Shown here: piece after piece, positions 21,669-33,233 of the stretch
Numbering within the stretch: the stretch's first letter is position 1
How the letters are laid out: each line of letters begins with the position of its first letter
Origin: Azolla caroliniana
Lineage: Eukaryota > Plantae > Polypodiophyta
Assembly: GCA_043228905.1 (NCBI GenBank)
Contig: JBHGNT010000001.1
Span: 21,452,001 to 21,516,000, forward strand
Direction of reading: 5' to 3'
Length of the DNA stretch: 64,000 nucleotides
Position numbers and translations under genes: made by a program
The notes under the pieces: model-generated
The model's input: the letters and a program-made list of their open reading frames with translations, nothing else
What the model was told of the DNA's origin: nothing
The model's database searches: none

Positions 21669-22818
21669 GAGCGGCCGTAAGACGGCCTGTGGGTACCGGC
21701 AGATTGCGGCCAATCTCAGTACTATCGGGGCGCCTTATGTTATGCTGCTGGAGCGTGGAACCCATCACTACCTCGTAAGAGCGTGAGACTATAGCATGTT
21801 ACAAAAGCGCGGTTGGGGGCTAGGAGGTGAAGGGCACCGCGCGAACTCTTCTATAGTGTCACACGAGAGAAGCCCGCCCGCCTGGCGAATCGAAGTTCCA
21901 GTCAACTGGCCACCTGGTTAACCTGTGCCACAAGCAAGCACAGTGGAAACGCGTTGGTGTGCTTCCTGCCTGTCGAGATTAAGCAGCGACAAGGTCTAGA
22001 TTGGAGGAGCTGGAAACAGCTGCATGAAAGCCGATTACTCAACTCAACCCCTTGCTTGGCTTGGGGACAATTAACGAAACGATATCCCGAGACACCAAAA
22101 CCATAGGCTGTATCGGCGAGATCCAACGGTGAGCTAGATCCCCGGCTGGAAGTCATAGGACCTTTAGTACCCACTGCCGCATTCCGTGCGTGCCACTTCG
22201 GCCTTTATGTTACAAGCCGGCAAGAAGAGCGGCTCGAAAACCTGCCTGAAGGCGGGGAAGTGGGGCACAGCAAACGCTCCTTCACCTCATTCCGTTCAGG
22301 AAAGGGATAACCAGGAGCGCGCCGCGCGGGTCTTTGACCCCGAACAAAGCCTTTGGCCTTTGCTCGCGGAGCGAACTAACAAATTTCATTCTTTCAAGGA
22401 AACCTGCCGGATGGTAGTACGCCATCTTCACCTGCGGCGGAGAAAACCAAAGAAAGCGCCTTGTTCTCTTCTCGGCCTGAGAAAGCACTGGCAACAACGG
22501 AAAGGAAGGGGTCTATCTATCTAATACCTGCTTTTACTGAGCAGGTTTTATCCGTCCAAAATCCACTGCCGAATTAATTCCCGGTGACCTTATCCGACAG
22601 CGTGTGGAATGGCTGAAAGCGGCGGCGGACTCTCGGGTATATCTAATCCAAGTGTTGTAGGGTTAGAGAGCCGTATGATGGGCGACTATCACGTACGGTT
22701 CGGGGAGCACTGTAGTAGGTCATTCGGGAATTCTCTGAACTCTTCGCTAGGCAAACAGCGAGTGAACGACAGCTTTCTTTGCTGCACGGCTCGGTTAATG
22801 ATTTACTTTCGACCCTAT
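21669..22818 (+). ncRNA. Group II intron nad2i709g2
   Basis: Starts GAGCGGCC; domain V GAGCCGTATGATGGGCGACTATCACGTACGGTTC ~22668; ends CCCTAT. Confidence 0.92.
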
Positions 22819-23391
22819 ATGTGTGGGCACCTGATGTATACGAGGGTTTACCTACTCTGGTTACAGCATTTTTTCCCATTGCACCTAAAATATCTATTCC
22901 TGCCAATATGTTATGTGTTTCTCCCTATAGTTTCCACGATCTAACATGGTAACAACTCTTCCTTTTCTGCAGCATCGCTTTCATGATCCTAGGAGCACTG
23001 GCCGCTATGGCCTAAAAAGAAGTAAAAAGACTTTCAGCTTATAGCTCTATTGGACATGTAGGTTATCTTTCAATCGGTTTTTCACGTGGAATCACAGAAG
23101 GAATTTAATCACCACTAATTGGTATCTCTATTCATATATCAATGATCATTAATGTATTCGCTACAGTTTTAGCATTACGTTAAACCTGTGTCAAATATAT
23201 AGCGGATTCAGGCGCTTTAGCCAAAACTAATCTTATTTCAGCTATTACTCCGTCCGTTACTATGTTTCTATACGCAGGAATACTCCCGTTAGCCGGCTTT
23301 CGTAGCAAATTCCATTTGTTCTTTGCCGCCCTGAGCTGTGGGGCTTATTTACTAGCTTTAATAGGGGTAGTTACTAGTGTCATCAGTCGTT
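22819..23391 (+). pseudogene. nad2: nad2 exon 4
   Basis: 573 nt = 1282-709; WAPDVYEG, KRL.AYSSIGH, AGI.PLAGF. Confidence 0.96.
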
Positions 23392-24841
23392 GGGCGGCCG
23401 GAAGGGGTTGCCTAGAGTCAGTGTAAGAGACCTGCAGGCAGGCAGGGTCGTGCACCGGACGCGTAGCTTACCAAAACGTCGCAGGACAGATGGAGAGAAC
23501 GCATCTACGAAAGGGCAAGTGAGGGGGTGCCGCTAGGATCTCATGAACCTACCCAAGATCCTTGTATGAGTCCGCCGCTATCACTACACGAGATGAACCT
23601 AAGTTGCCGTAAATCAAAGTATCCTTCAGTGTGATGAGACTCCCAGCCAGTTACAGCGCGCGATTGCTGAAGTGCCCCCTGCCGGTGATCAGAACAACGC
23701 AAGCCGGACGAAGACAGACGGAGCAGATTACCCATATCACTGTTGCTGGGGACAGGGAACAAATCGGCATCTCGATATGATAATACAGCCCTTAGGGAAT
23801 AACGGCGAAGTCCATCCAAGAGGAACAATTCGTCTTAGAAAGCGGCGAAGCGCAGAAAAGGCGTTCATCATGAAGGCCTTCATGATGAACCGGCGCGCGC
23901 GCGCGCCTTCATGCATGATGATGAAAACCGCTTCGCGCCCGCCCTACAGGCCTTATTCGTTCGTTCGTTGGCCAAGTTAATCAAGTTCGAGAGAAGAAGT
24001 GAAGCTGGCCAAGCGACAGTGTTTTCTGGCAGGTCTCCGGGAGTGCTTGCAAGGAAGAGTGCGCAAAGAAAAGATTGAAAGCGGCGTTGCTATATATAGG
24101 TAGATAGATATAGATACATCCATCTATCTATACGTATCTGTTTCTTTTTCTACCAATTGTATAGAAATGTTCCTCTCCTGATTATTTACTGCGCTCTTCC
24201 CATAGCGGGCTCTGCGATGGACGGCAGAAGGTCCATAGTACCCGCCTACCTAAAAGGAACCCCTTTGTCTTGGTTTCATTTAGGGGAAAGCACTGAGTGA
24301 TCCGGTAGCCGGGAAGGGGCCTAAATAGTAAAAGCCTTGGTGAATTAGACTCTACGTATTCACTCTGCTTAACCCCCTTTTGTTGGATCCATTGGATGCG
24401 TCTGACAGAGTTCAGACAGGGGATTCGATCCTTGTGAATCTTTGGATGCATAGCTTTTTGAACAGGGCCGCAGGTGGTCTGAAGGAGATCAAACAGGGGA
24501 GGATAAGCAGGCTCGCCCCTTCCCTCGGTATCCCTCCCGCTCCCCCCGAATGAAAGGGGAGAGCCGAAGACCCTGCGGATGGGGGAGGAAAATAAGTCCT
24601 CGAGAATAAGGACCAATCTGCTGTTGAAGTGGGCATCGCTGGCTGAGAAAGCGCTATAGCTTTCTTGCTCCGCTCCTTCGTTCGTAAAGCCAACGGCGGT
24701 TCATGCGTGCGGAGTTATCTGAACCTGAACGATTCAGAACTAACATCCGAAGCAAGTTGAGTGGGTGAGCCGTATGATGGGCGACTGTCTCCCGCGGTTC
24801 TAGGGGGACTAGGTACCCTGGGACACTGGGGGTCACTCCAT
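23392..24841 (+). ncRNA. Group II intron nad2i1282g2
   Basis: Starts GGGCGGCC; domain V GAGCCGTATGATGGGCGACTGTCTCCCGCGGTTC ~24767; ends CCAT. Confidence 0.92.
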
Positions 24842-25029
24842 TTTATTATATACGCCTGGTGAAAATAATGTATTTCGATACGCCTAAAAGATGGATTCTA
24901 TATAAACCAATGGATCCTGAGAAATCGTTGCTACTAGCTATTAGTTTCTCGTCGATTAGTTTCCTCTTCTTATACCTTTCTCTGCTTTTCCTAGTCACTC
25001 ATGAAATGGCACGTTGTCTATGTATTCGA
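24842..25029 (+). pseudogene. nad2: nad2 exon 5; stop probably made by CGA>UGA editing
   Basis: YYIRLVKIMYFDTPKRWILYKPMD; CGA at 25027 lies at the usual Nad2 C-terminus. Confidence 0.92.
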
Positions 25030-25486
25030 GTGGTCTCATTGAATCTCTTCACTTCGGGGTGGGGGTCCGCCCCCTTTTTTCCCGCCTGCTGCTTTTCGCT
25101 TTAGTTGCGGTTGTATGCCGTGGACACACGGATAGATTCATTCCCTAATATCCCCGGCTCGGACGCCCGCCCTTTCTGGGTCCTCCTATCCCACGAATAT
25201 GTTTGCAGGGTTAATCGGGTCGGACAGAGGGGTGTATTCACTATACCGAAAGACGACCAAAGTTGCTTGCCCAAAAGCAAGCAGCCCTCCGAACCGAAGT
25301 GGCGCCCTCCTTAGGAAAGTTGGTTTGAGGGAGAAAATGGTTGGTGGAAAGGTCAATTCGTTTCATTTCCATGGAAGAGGAGGGTACGAGCGGAGTTCTC
25401 TAGCTTAGGCAAAGCATCAGATATACGTTTCGCTATCCATTAACAACAGTGAAAGCGTAAATCTTTTTCAGACCTAACCTATTGGG

Positions 25487-25569
25487 TGGGAGAGGCAGGA
25501 TTTGAACCTGCGTAGAAAACCTTCAACAGATTTACAGTCTGTCGCTTTTAACCACTCGGCCACTCTCCC
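25487..25569 (-). tRNA. trnY: tRNA-Tyr(GUA), native mitochondrial type
   Basis: GGGAGAGTGGCCGAGTGG...ACAGACTGTAAATCTGT...GTTCAAATCCTGCCTCTCCCA, 83 nt. Confidence 0.95.
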
Positions 25570-25885
25570 CGTTCAAAGTAAGCTTTGACTGACTTTCTGA
25601 GCGATTGGGAAGAGAGAAATCGATTAATCTACACGTCCTAACCCCTTCCAATAGACTAATCGAACAAGTAGAGGTTCAAGGAATCAAACAAATAGAGGCC
25701 ATGTTGAATGCCGTCGGTACACCTATGCTCGGAGCTTCTAAGAAATGTCATGGCGAAATAGCAAGCAGTTTAACACTCGCTCGAAGTCTTTGAAATAATT
25801 GCCTCGAGAGCAAGGCTTCGGTCCTTCTCGATAGAATCGTCACGAAGCGAAAGGTGACTTCTCGTTCTCCCTATTATTATTATTG

Positions 25886-25959
25886 TGGGCGAGGAGGGAT
25901 TTGAACCCCCGACACCGTGGTTCGTAGCCACGTGCTCTAATCCTCTGAGCTACAGGCCC
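25886..25959 (-). tRNA. trnR: tRNA-Arg(ACG), plastid type
   Basis: GGGCCTGTAGCTCAGAGGATTAGAGCACGTGGCTACGAACCACGG... matches the chloroplast IR trnR-ACG as I recall it. Confidence 0.92.
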
Positions 25960-26736
25960 TGTCCCCACTGGATTTGTTCTAGGAACCCCCACCTTTTCTT
26001 TCCTTACCCATTTCGGGCGGGTTAGAAAGATGCGCTTAGGATCCTCTCTCAGAATATGCCGACACAGAAAAGACGCCACACTGCGAACAAAGACACTTTA
26101 GAAAGAAGGAAAAAGGCGTAAAGAAGGTGGTATCGTATCTGTTACGAGGCATAACATACATGTATTCTCGATCATTGAGTTCGGGTATACTTATTGAAGG
26201 GAAGTTCATATAATTGAACTGGACTCGGAAGCAGGTTAATTGATTAAAGTAAACTAAACCGCCCGCGAATTCTCCTTCAAATCAATGAAAAAGCCGAACA
26301 GAGCACAAAGCAATGTAAATTGATTGGCCGTTACTATCCTATGTTACCATTCGCGAGCTGTGGTTCGGGGGATCCCTGAGAAATGGCGGACCGTTGTTGT
26401 TCTCGAGAGAGACACTTGGTCAACAATCCCATTGAGAATCTTCGTCCGTCGGGCATCTTTGTCGTCGTCTCGTAGGTGCCATGCCCAGATCCTTGTGGTA
26501 TCGATAAGGTCATCACGTCTTATAAAAGCACCAATACCCGGCTCATGCGGAACGGAAGAAGCGGAGCAAGCAACTCTTCGTCGTTTCTTCGGCTGGCTTT
26601 TCACCAATACCTGCCATTCAATCTACTTACCATTTATCCTATATGACTGGCTTTTTTTTATTATCGCCGGTTCATTTCATGCGGGCCTATTTAAAAGCTC
26701 TAGTCGATCAATTCTCATGTTTGTTTCAGTTACTTT

Positions 26737-26809
26737 CTCCGGATGCAAGACTCGAACTTGCGACCCATGGATTAACAGTCCACTGCTCTACCGACTGAGC
26801 TAATCCGAA
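26737..26809 (-). tRNA. trnN: tRNA-Asn(GUU), chlamydial-like type
   Basis: TTCGGATTAGCTCAGTCGGTAGAGCAGTGGACTGTTAATCCATGGGTCGCAAGTTCGAGTCTTGCATCCGGAG, a 73 nt cloverleaf. Confidence 0.92.
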
Positions 26810-28084
26810 ACGAGAACGGGTGTATTATTGACCCGAATGAAGCCAGCCCTGCAACCCCCTTTTTTCCCTATCTCTATAAGAGGGTGATGGAGTTGTGAAG
26901 AGTTCAAAGTGAATAGAGACTGGAAGCTGGCTAAACGAATGGCGCGTCTATATACTAAATTTCCTTACCAGACTATACTATAGGGGGCCAGTACCGAAAT
27001 CTTTCTGTCTGTAGCCGGCGGAAGAAGCGCCTCTCACCAACCAAATAACATGGCGCCCGCCGCTTTCCCAGCAAGCACGAGTAGGAGCGGAAGCTGAGAA
27101 AGAGCTTTGCGCTTTATCCCAGCATCTATCTCAGCAGAAAATATGTATCTAATCAAGCGTAGCGGTCAAGGTCATTACATGACCGATATATCGATCTTTT
27201 TCACACCATCTATGGTGAAACGGGCTTCGGTTTGCGACTGAAGGGACGAGCGCCGATCTCTTTCTGAAAGGTTAACTCGATGAAAGCGGATCTGCATTCC
27301 TTTTCGAGGGTTTATCTTGCCTTTTTTTCTCCTCAAGAGAAGAGATTGGCGGGTCGACCGGCGATGAGGATTTTGATATGCTGTGGGGAACCGATGAAGC
27401 GGGTCTGATATAATGAACCGGCTTCTAGGCGGTAAGCCTGGGCGCTCCATGTGAAGTCTCCCCTCTCGTCCCTTACAAGTCCTAGGTTTGCTTGCTTGCT
27501 TGCTTGCTCGTCAGAGTTTGATTCGCTCTCATCAGTCCAAGGGGGATCTCCGGCACGCACCTTCGCTACTCCTCCAGTGACTCTTCCGGCGCACTTGTCT
27601 CGTTGACATGAGCACGCTTTCGGTCACAAGAGTTAGATTGTGCACAAAATAAAAACTACGCGAATTGACCGCCCGCCGTTGAGTGACGAATTTGTTCATC
27701 CGGATGAAAAGGCTCGCGCGCGGGGAAGGGGAATGCCGCGGTGCATATGGTCTCGTTCGTTCGTTGGCCCATCGTTGGTTGGTTGTTGAGAACGTCAGTC
27801 AGCCGGCAAGCAAAATTTCAACTGAACCCCCCAATCGCTCAAGACTTCGATCAACGAACAGATTGTCTTGTCGTCGGCAATTCAGAAAGTGTTAAGACAC
27901 CCACATGAGACGATGCGGTGGGTTCAGCGGGGGATGTTTACATTCTGAACCACGAGAAACCAGCCCTCACTCATCGTGGGGACTACGGGACCTTGGGGTC
28001 CTGTGGACCTCTTGCTCAACCCTCTAACGAAGAGGCTAAGGACCTTTTGCTAGCCTCCCCAAGCAAGCAAGCAAGCAAGAAAGT

Positions 28085-28156
28085 TATCCCTTACGGGAAT
28101 CGAACCCGTTTCTTCGACATGAAAAGACGATGTCCTAACCACTAGACGAAAGGGAC
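28085..28156 (-). tRNA. trnE: tRNA-Glu(UUC), native mitochondrial type
   Basis: GTCCCTTTCGTCTAGTGGTTAGGACATCGTCTTTTCATGTCGA...AAGGGATA, 72 nt. Confidence 0.94.
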
Positions 28157-28522
28157 TTGGCTTTGAAAACCTGATGAAGACGTGCTTGAATCAACTCTAC
28201 ACCCAGCCAGATGCTTATGGCAAGAGGTTAAAGCACTACGATCTGTAGTACCTCCTCTCAATCCTAGGACCTTCGGGTTAACCATTTCCTACTATCTATA
28301 GGAGGCATAGTCTTCACAACTCTATATACGAAATTTCCGGGTTTCAAAATGAATGCCTAGATGACTCAGAAGGTCATGTCTTCAGAGAAGTTTCAGGCAG
28401 GCAGGTTACAATGCTTGTTTGATCCGTGGACAGAGTTATGCCACAAGAAGCCGCAAGAAGCGCAGAGAAAGACGTGGAAAAAGGACGGAGCGAAAGGTTA
28501 CCCGCCCAGTACACGGCAATAA

Positions 28523-28596
28523 TCGAGGTGACAGGATTCGAACCTATGGCCCTCTGTACCCAAAACAGATGCGCTACCAGACTGCGCTACACCTCG
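28523..28596 (-). tRNA. trnP: tRNA-Pro(UGG), native mitochondrial type
   Basis: CGAGGTGTAGCGCAGTCTGGTAGCGCATCTGTTTTGGGTACAGA...CACCTCGA, 74 nt. Confidence 0.95.
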
Positions 28597-28628
<32 letters not shown>

Positions 28629-28994
28629 GCGTGGGCCATCCCCAGCAGTAATGGTTGAGGGCCGGCGTAAGCTATCGATTAGCGCCTAAGCCGCTTGGTT
28701 GGCACCCGATCTCTCATCACTCAATCTCGGGAAGGGAAAAGGGCCTAGAAAGAAAGTCTTATGTCCTTGCAGCAAGCAAGTCGCAGCAATGCAATGAAGG
28801 CCTTCGCTTTGTCGTCGTCTTTCGATCTATACGTTTTTCGAACTCCAATGCTTGCTTGCTTGCTTGCTTGCTGCTTTAGGCTTTAGCGAGGTTCATGAAA
28901 TCTCGAAGAAAGCAGCAAGCAGCTGGGGTCTTTGAATAGTTAACGTCTCACAGGTCATGAGGCGGCTCGAAAGTCAAAGAATGTATATGATACT

Positions 28995-30502
28995 AACCGT
29001 ACATTTTCCCTTCCCGCGCTGGTAGCTCAACTGTTAACCGCTTCATCCGCGATTGGTCTACGGTTTCAATCCCCAGTATGCGGGTGAGTGGCGATGCATG
29101 ATCTAGCCGGAAAAGGGGCCGACAAGGCGTGCAATGAACCGGAGTACGGCACAGGCGGTGCCAAACAATGGACGAGGGTATGTGGCGCACGGAGGTGCTG
29201 GAGCGGAAAGGCGAGCGCGGAGATAGGTTGCGCGGTTCAGAGGTAGCGCGTAGAAGGCCAGAAAGGGATCCTCCACACTATTCCGGAGACCATGGCGGTT
29301 CGAGCCAACGCGGCGATGTAAGACCATGGAGAAGGAAGGTGGCGGCGAGAGGACGAAGGCAACGCGAAACAACATGGGATGACAATCAGGACATCACGAA
29401 TGGTCAACAGAGGCCAAGCAGGCCACTACAGGCATGCCTCAAGCGGAGGACATCGGGCATACGGCGGGGAGCGGGCATTCATACGGCCGATCAAGGGCCA
29501 GCAGAAGTACGTGTACTACGGAGATCGCGGCAGAGGACCCATCGACGAGTCGAACGAGCCTACGGGGAGGTAAGCGCGAAGGAAGAATCGAAGCCGACGG
29601 ATCAAACCGACAGCGAGCCGGGATGCGGATCACGGAAGACCGGTTTCTCACCGGCCGAAATCTCTCACCCTTCAACCAGATTTGGCACGTACCGGTGGAC
29701 ATGCAGTTAGGTGGGGGCGGATGTCGTGAAGAATTTCGGCCAGAGGCGGAAACTGGGAAACATTGGCTACATCGGCGGGGTGCAGCGTGTGTGCTCACCC
29801 TTGTACATTTAGTGCGAATAACGAGGGCGCCTTTATGGTGCCGAAGAGTAGTCAAGTTGGGACAGACGATCCCATGTAAGTCGGGATTTTATCCCACATT
29901 GTAACGCATCCCTCTCCTTGTTCTATAAAAGGAAGGGAGCGGCCTTGGTGAAACGGTTGCTCATTTTTTTGCGTTAGAGGGTATACCGTTAGTTTAGGGT
30001 TAACTTCTTCTTCTTCTTCTTCTTCTTCCCCCTTTGTGCTTTGCTTAGGGTTTGCTTTGGCTCGGCCTCCTGTGCAAGACCCCGCTCGGCGCGACGAGCC
30101 GTGAGCTCCCCGACGGCGGCTTGACAGCAGACGACTGTTGTAACCTACCTTGGTCCGGCTCGATGCCAGGAATGTATTCTTCCTTATATATATATACGTT
30201 TGCGTCTGTTTGTGTATATTCGCATCTTTGTTGGTGTCGGGTGCTTCCCCTTTCTTGCATTTCCTGTACATAAGGGCATGAGTCGGGTTGGCCTGTGTGT
30301 GTGTGTGTGTGCGTGTGTGTGCGTGAGTCGGTGTTAAGAGCGCTCTCTCTCTCTCTCTCTCTCTCTCTCCCTTCGGTTGCTTCCGGCGTGCTTCTGGGAT
30401 GCCCCGGAAACGGTGAAGCACGACTTCCTACGCTCCATCACTCCCTAGTCCAAGACCCCCGTGGTCCCGCCTTTCTCCACGCACGCGCGTAACAACGCGA
30501 CA
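28995..30502 (+). mobile_element. 3' end of a gypsy-family element (C1): GC-rich 3' internal region, PPT, LTR 29722-30502
   Basis: GGTGGGGGCGGA then TGTCGTGAAG...AACAACGCGACA; same termini as the LTR at 31800. Confidence 0.8.
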
Positions 30503-32473
30503 ACGGGTGCTTATGGAAGCACCCAAAGAAGAGAAGTGGCATCCCACTCCGAGTAGTGGCAAAGAAAGAAGAACAGGGGAAACTACTGGCGGCATTCCAC
30601 GAGAGCCCATGGGCCGGACACCGCGGAACGTGGGCCACGTTCGAGAAGCTGAAGGAGAAGTACTGGTGGTCGGGGCTATACTAGGACGTGCATCGGTTCG
30701 TAACAACTTGCAAAAGCTGTCAAGTGCACTCCGTAGTCCGACACCGGGACGAGCTACACCCGACCTACCCGCCTACGGTCCATTTCAAGTGGATGGTGGA
30801 CTTGGTGACGATGCCGATGGGGGTAAGACAGATGTGATACCTAGTGCTTGCACGGGAAGACTAAACGAACCAGGTGGAAGGCCATGCACTGCAAAGCAAG
30901 ACAACCGCGGCGGTATGCCGGTTCCTGATCGAAGAAGTAGTGTGTCGGTACAGGTGCGTCGGGAGGATCGTGGCGGACCGGGGAGAGCTGGATGCGCGGG
31001 AGGCCGAGGAGCTGTTCGACCGGCTAGGCATCAAACTCTCCCTCACCATGGCGTACAATCCGGAGGCGAACGGAAAGGTGGAACGTGGGCACGGACCGAT
31101 TGTAAAGGCGTTGGTGCGTGCATGCGGTGGGCAGGTCGGGAATTGGCCGCGACTCCTTACGCACTATGGGCGGACCGGACTACGCACAGTTCGGTGACAG
31201 GGTTTATGCCAGCGGAGCTAATGTACGGACAAAAGCCGATCATGCCGGTGGAACGGACGGTTTCTTCGTGGGCGGCGGTAGTTTGGAAGGACGAAATGAG
31301 CCGGGAGGAGTTGCTGGCGGCGCGGATTCGGCAACTCGAGCGGAGGCCGGAGGACGTGATACAGACGAAGGAAATGCTGCGAACGGCAAGGGAGCGGAAC
31401 AAGACCCGGTTCAACCGGACGCACCAGTTGCGACCAAAGAAGATCGAGGAAGGCGACTGGGTCTTGGTATACGATAGCAACCTCGACAATCAGCACAAGG
31501 CGGTGCGAAAGTTTGCTAGGAGATGGTTCGGGCCCTACATGGTGACGAGCGCGAACAGCAACGGCACGTACCACCTCGCGGAACTCGACGGGACACGGTT
31601 AGCGGTGCCGGTGGCCAGAAAGCGGATCAAAGCTTTCAAAAAGCGGTTCGAAGACGAGCCAGAGCCTGCGAGCGGGAGCGACAATGACAATCAGTTCGGG
31701 TCCGGTGGAGAATCGGAGAGCAACGAGTGAGGCTGGGTTTCTTCGATATCTACCCGTCTCTAGCGCATAGCGGTGGATCCGCGGTTTGGTGGGGGTGGAT
31801 GTCGTGAAGAAAACCGGCCATAGGCGGAATCGGAGAGAAAGCGCGTAAACCGGCCCTTACATGGATGGACGCGTGACTTGACATTTTGTACACAAACCGG
31901 TGGATGTAAATACTAAGCTGCATGCATTTATTAGGGGGGGATTGTGCGTATCCCGGTCAGAGGGACAGGGAATAAAGGGAAGAGGACAAGGGAAAACGGG
32001 CATCGCACGCGAGGAGGAAGAAAAGCGTTGCTACAGAACGGAAGGCGGAGCTCTCTCCCTTCGACTCGAATCGTCGCTCTCTACGGGTGTCGGGAGGTCG
32101 CTACCTCTGCTTCGTGGACAGCCCGTGTGCTTCCAGCAGAGTCGCTCCCTTTCCCCCTTTTGTTTCTTGGAGTCGTGTGACTGTCGTCGGTGGGCGTGAG
32201 TAGGGTCCCCGTGCCAGGTCCATCGCCGCTTTGTCGGTTGTAACTGTCGGAGTTTGTAATCTCTGTCATTATAATGAAGTGTTACGTTCTATATCTCTCT
32301 TTCTCGCTTCTACGTGTCGGTGATTCTCTCTCTCTCTGTCTCTCTCTCTCTCCCTCCTCGGTCCAAGACCCTCGTGGTCCCGCCCCTTTCTGTTGGGAGA
32401 CAGGTCCCTCCGGATGGGTTGGGAGAAGAACAGTGCTGACGATGAACAAACTCGGCCGAGGCCGAAACCGTAT

Positions 32474-32745
32474 GAGGAGGACCCCGGCTACGGAGAGCCG
32501 GATGGTGCAGGCCCGGTATGAACCGGATGAGGAGTACCCGGCTACGAAGAGCTGGATGGTGCAGGCCCAGTATGAACCGGATGAGGAGTACTCGGCTACG
32601 GAGAGCCGGATGGTGCAGGCCCGGTATGAATCGGATGAGGAGTACCCGGCTACGGAGACCCGGATGATACAGGCCCGGTGAGAACCGGATGAGGAGCACC
32701 CGGCTACGGAGAGCCAGATGACGCAGACCTGGTGAGAACCGGAGG
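32474..32745 (+). repeat. 54 bp tandem repeat in the LTR, 5 units (6 units at ~37355-37680)
   Basis: Unit GAGGAGTACCCGGCTACGGAGAGCCGGATGGTGCAGGCCCGGTATGAACCGGAT. Confidence 0.95.
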
Positions 32746-33233
32746 AAGAGACATATTCGTAAATATGTTTCTGAGAGCCCATTGAGGCTACATTTGTAAA
32801 TAGCCGAAAAGTCATATTAGTATAAATATGACTTAGGGCAAACCTTTTAGATGTAGTTGGACGTTGTGATTTTTCTTGTTGGTGCAAGAAGTGAGAGTGC
32901 GTAACTGTACAGAGAGAGAGAGAGAGACGAGGTCGTTGCCTCTGTTGTAACCGCCGCCTGTGGCGAAGATCGTGAGCACGAGGTCGTTGCCTCCGTGAAC
33001 TCACTGTTTTGTACATTCTTACATAGTGACAGTTTGCAGCCCGTGGGCTGCCGTGGTTTTTTCCCCTAGTTTGGGGTTTTCCACGTTAACCTCCTGTGTA
33101 TCTTTCTCCTCTTTGTGTCGTGTTCTATTTCCCATTTTCTGTGTATGAAAAGAATCTCGGTTGTGGCCGAGCGTTGCGCATAAGGAACGTTGGGTTCCCC
33201 ACAAGTGGTATCAGAGCGAAATCGACACAGAAA

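Larger units (their letters stand above)
2911..28990. other. NUMT: nuclear insertion of fern-type mitochondrial DNA, interrupted by an LTR element at 3316-12642; right border approximate
   Basis: nad7, cox1 and nad2 exons with group I/II introns and mitochondrial tRNAs, flanked by and containing nuclear LTR retrotransposons with TSDs. Confidence 0.9.

Noticed and set aside
12666-25029. Alternative genetic code or simple pseudogene decay explaining the stops
   Set aside because: All three stop types occur, at Gln/Arg positions, together with many sense C/U exchanges and no indels. That pattern is two-way RNA editing.
26324-26700. ORFs next to trnN as plastid ycf or bacterial genes
   Set aside because: No recognisable motif; needs a database search.
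15640-28870. (GCAA)n/(TTGC)n runs near tRNAs as regulatory signals
   Set aside because: Simple microsatellites in both orientations with no consistent position relative to genes.
30507-31160. N-terminal half of the 407-aa ORF as a novel protein
   Set aside because: Off-frame reading of a frameshifted gypsy integrase.
32474-32745. CRISPR-like array or 18-aa repeat protein (EEYPATESRMVQARYEPD)
   Set aside because: Head-to-tail units with no unique spacers, inside LTRs; the ORF is a by-product of a 54 bp period.
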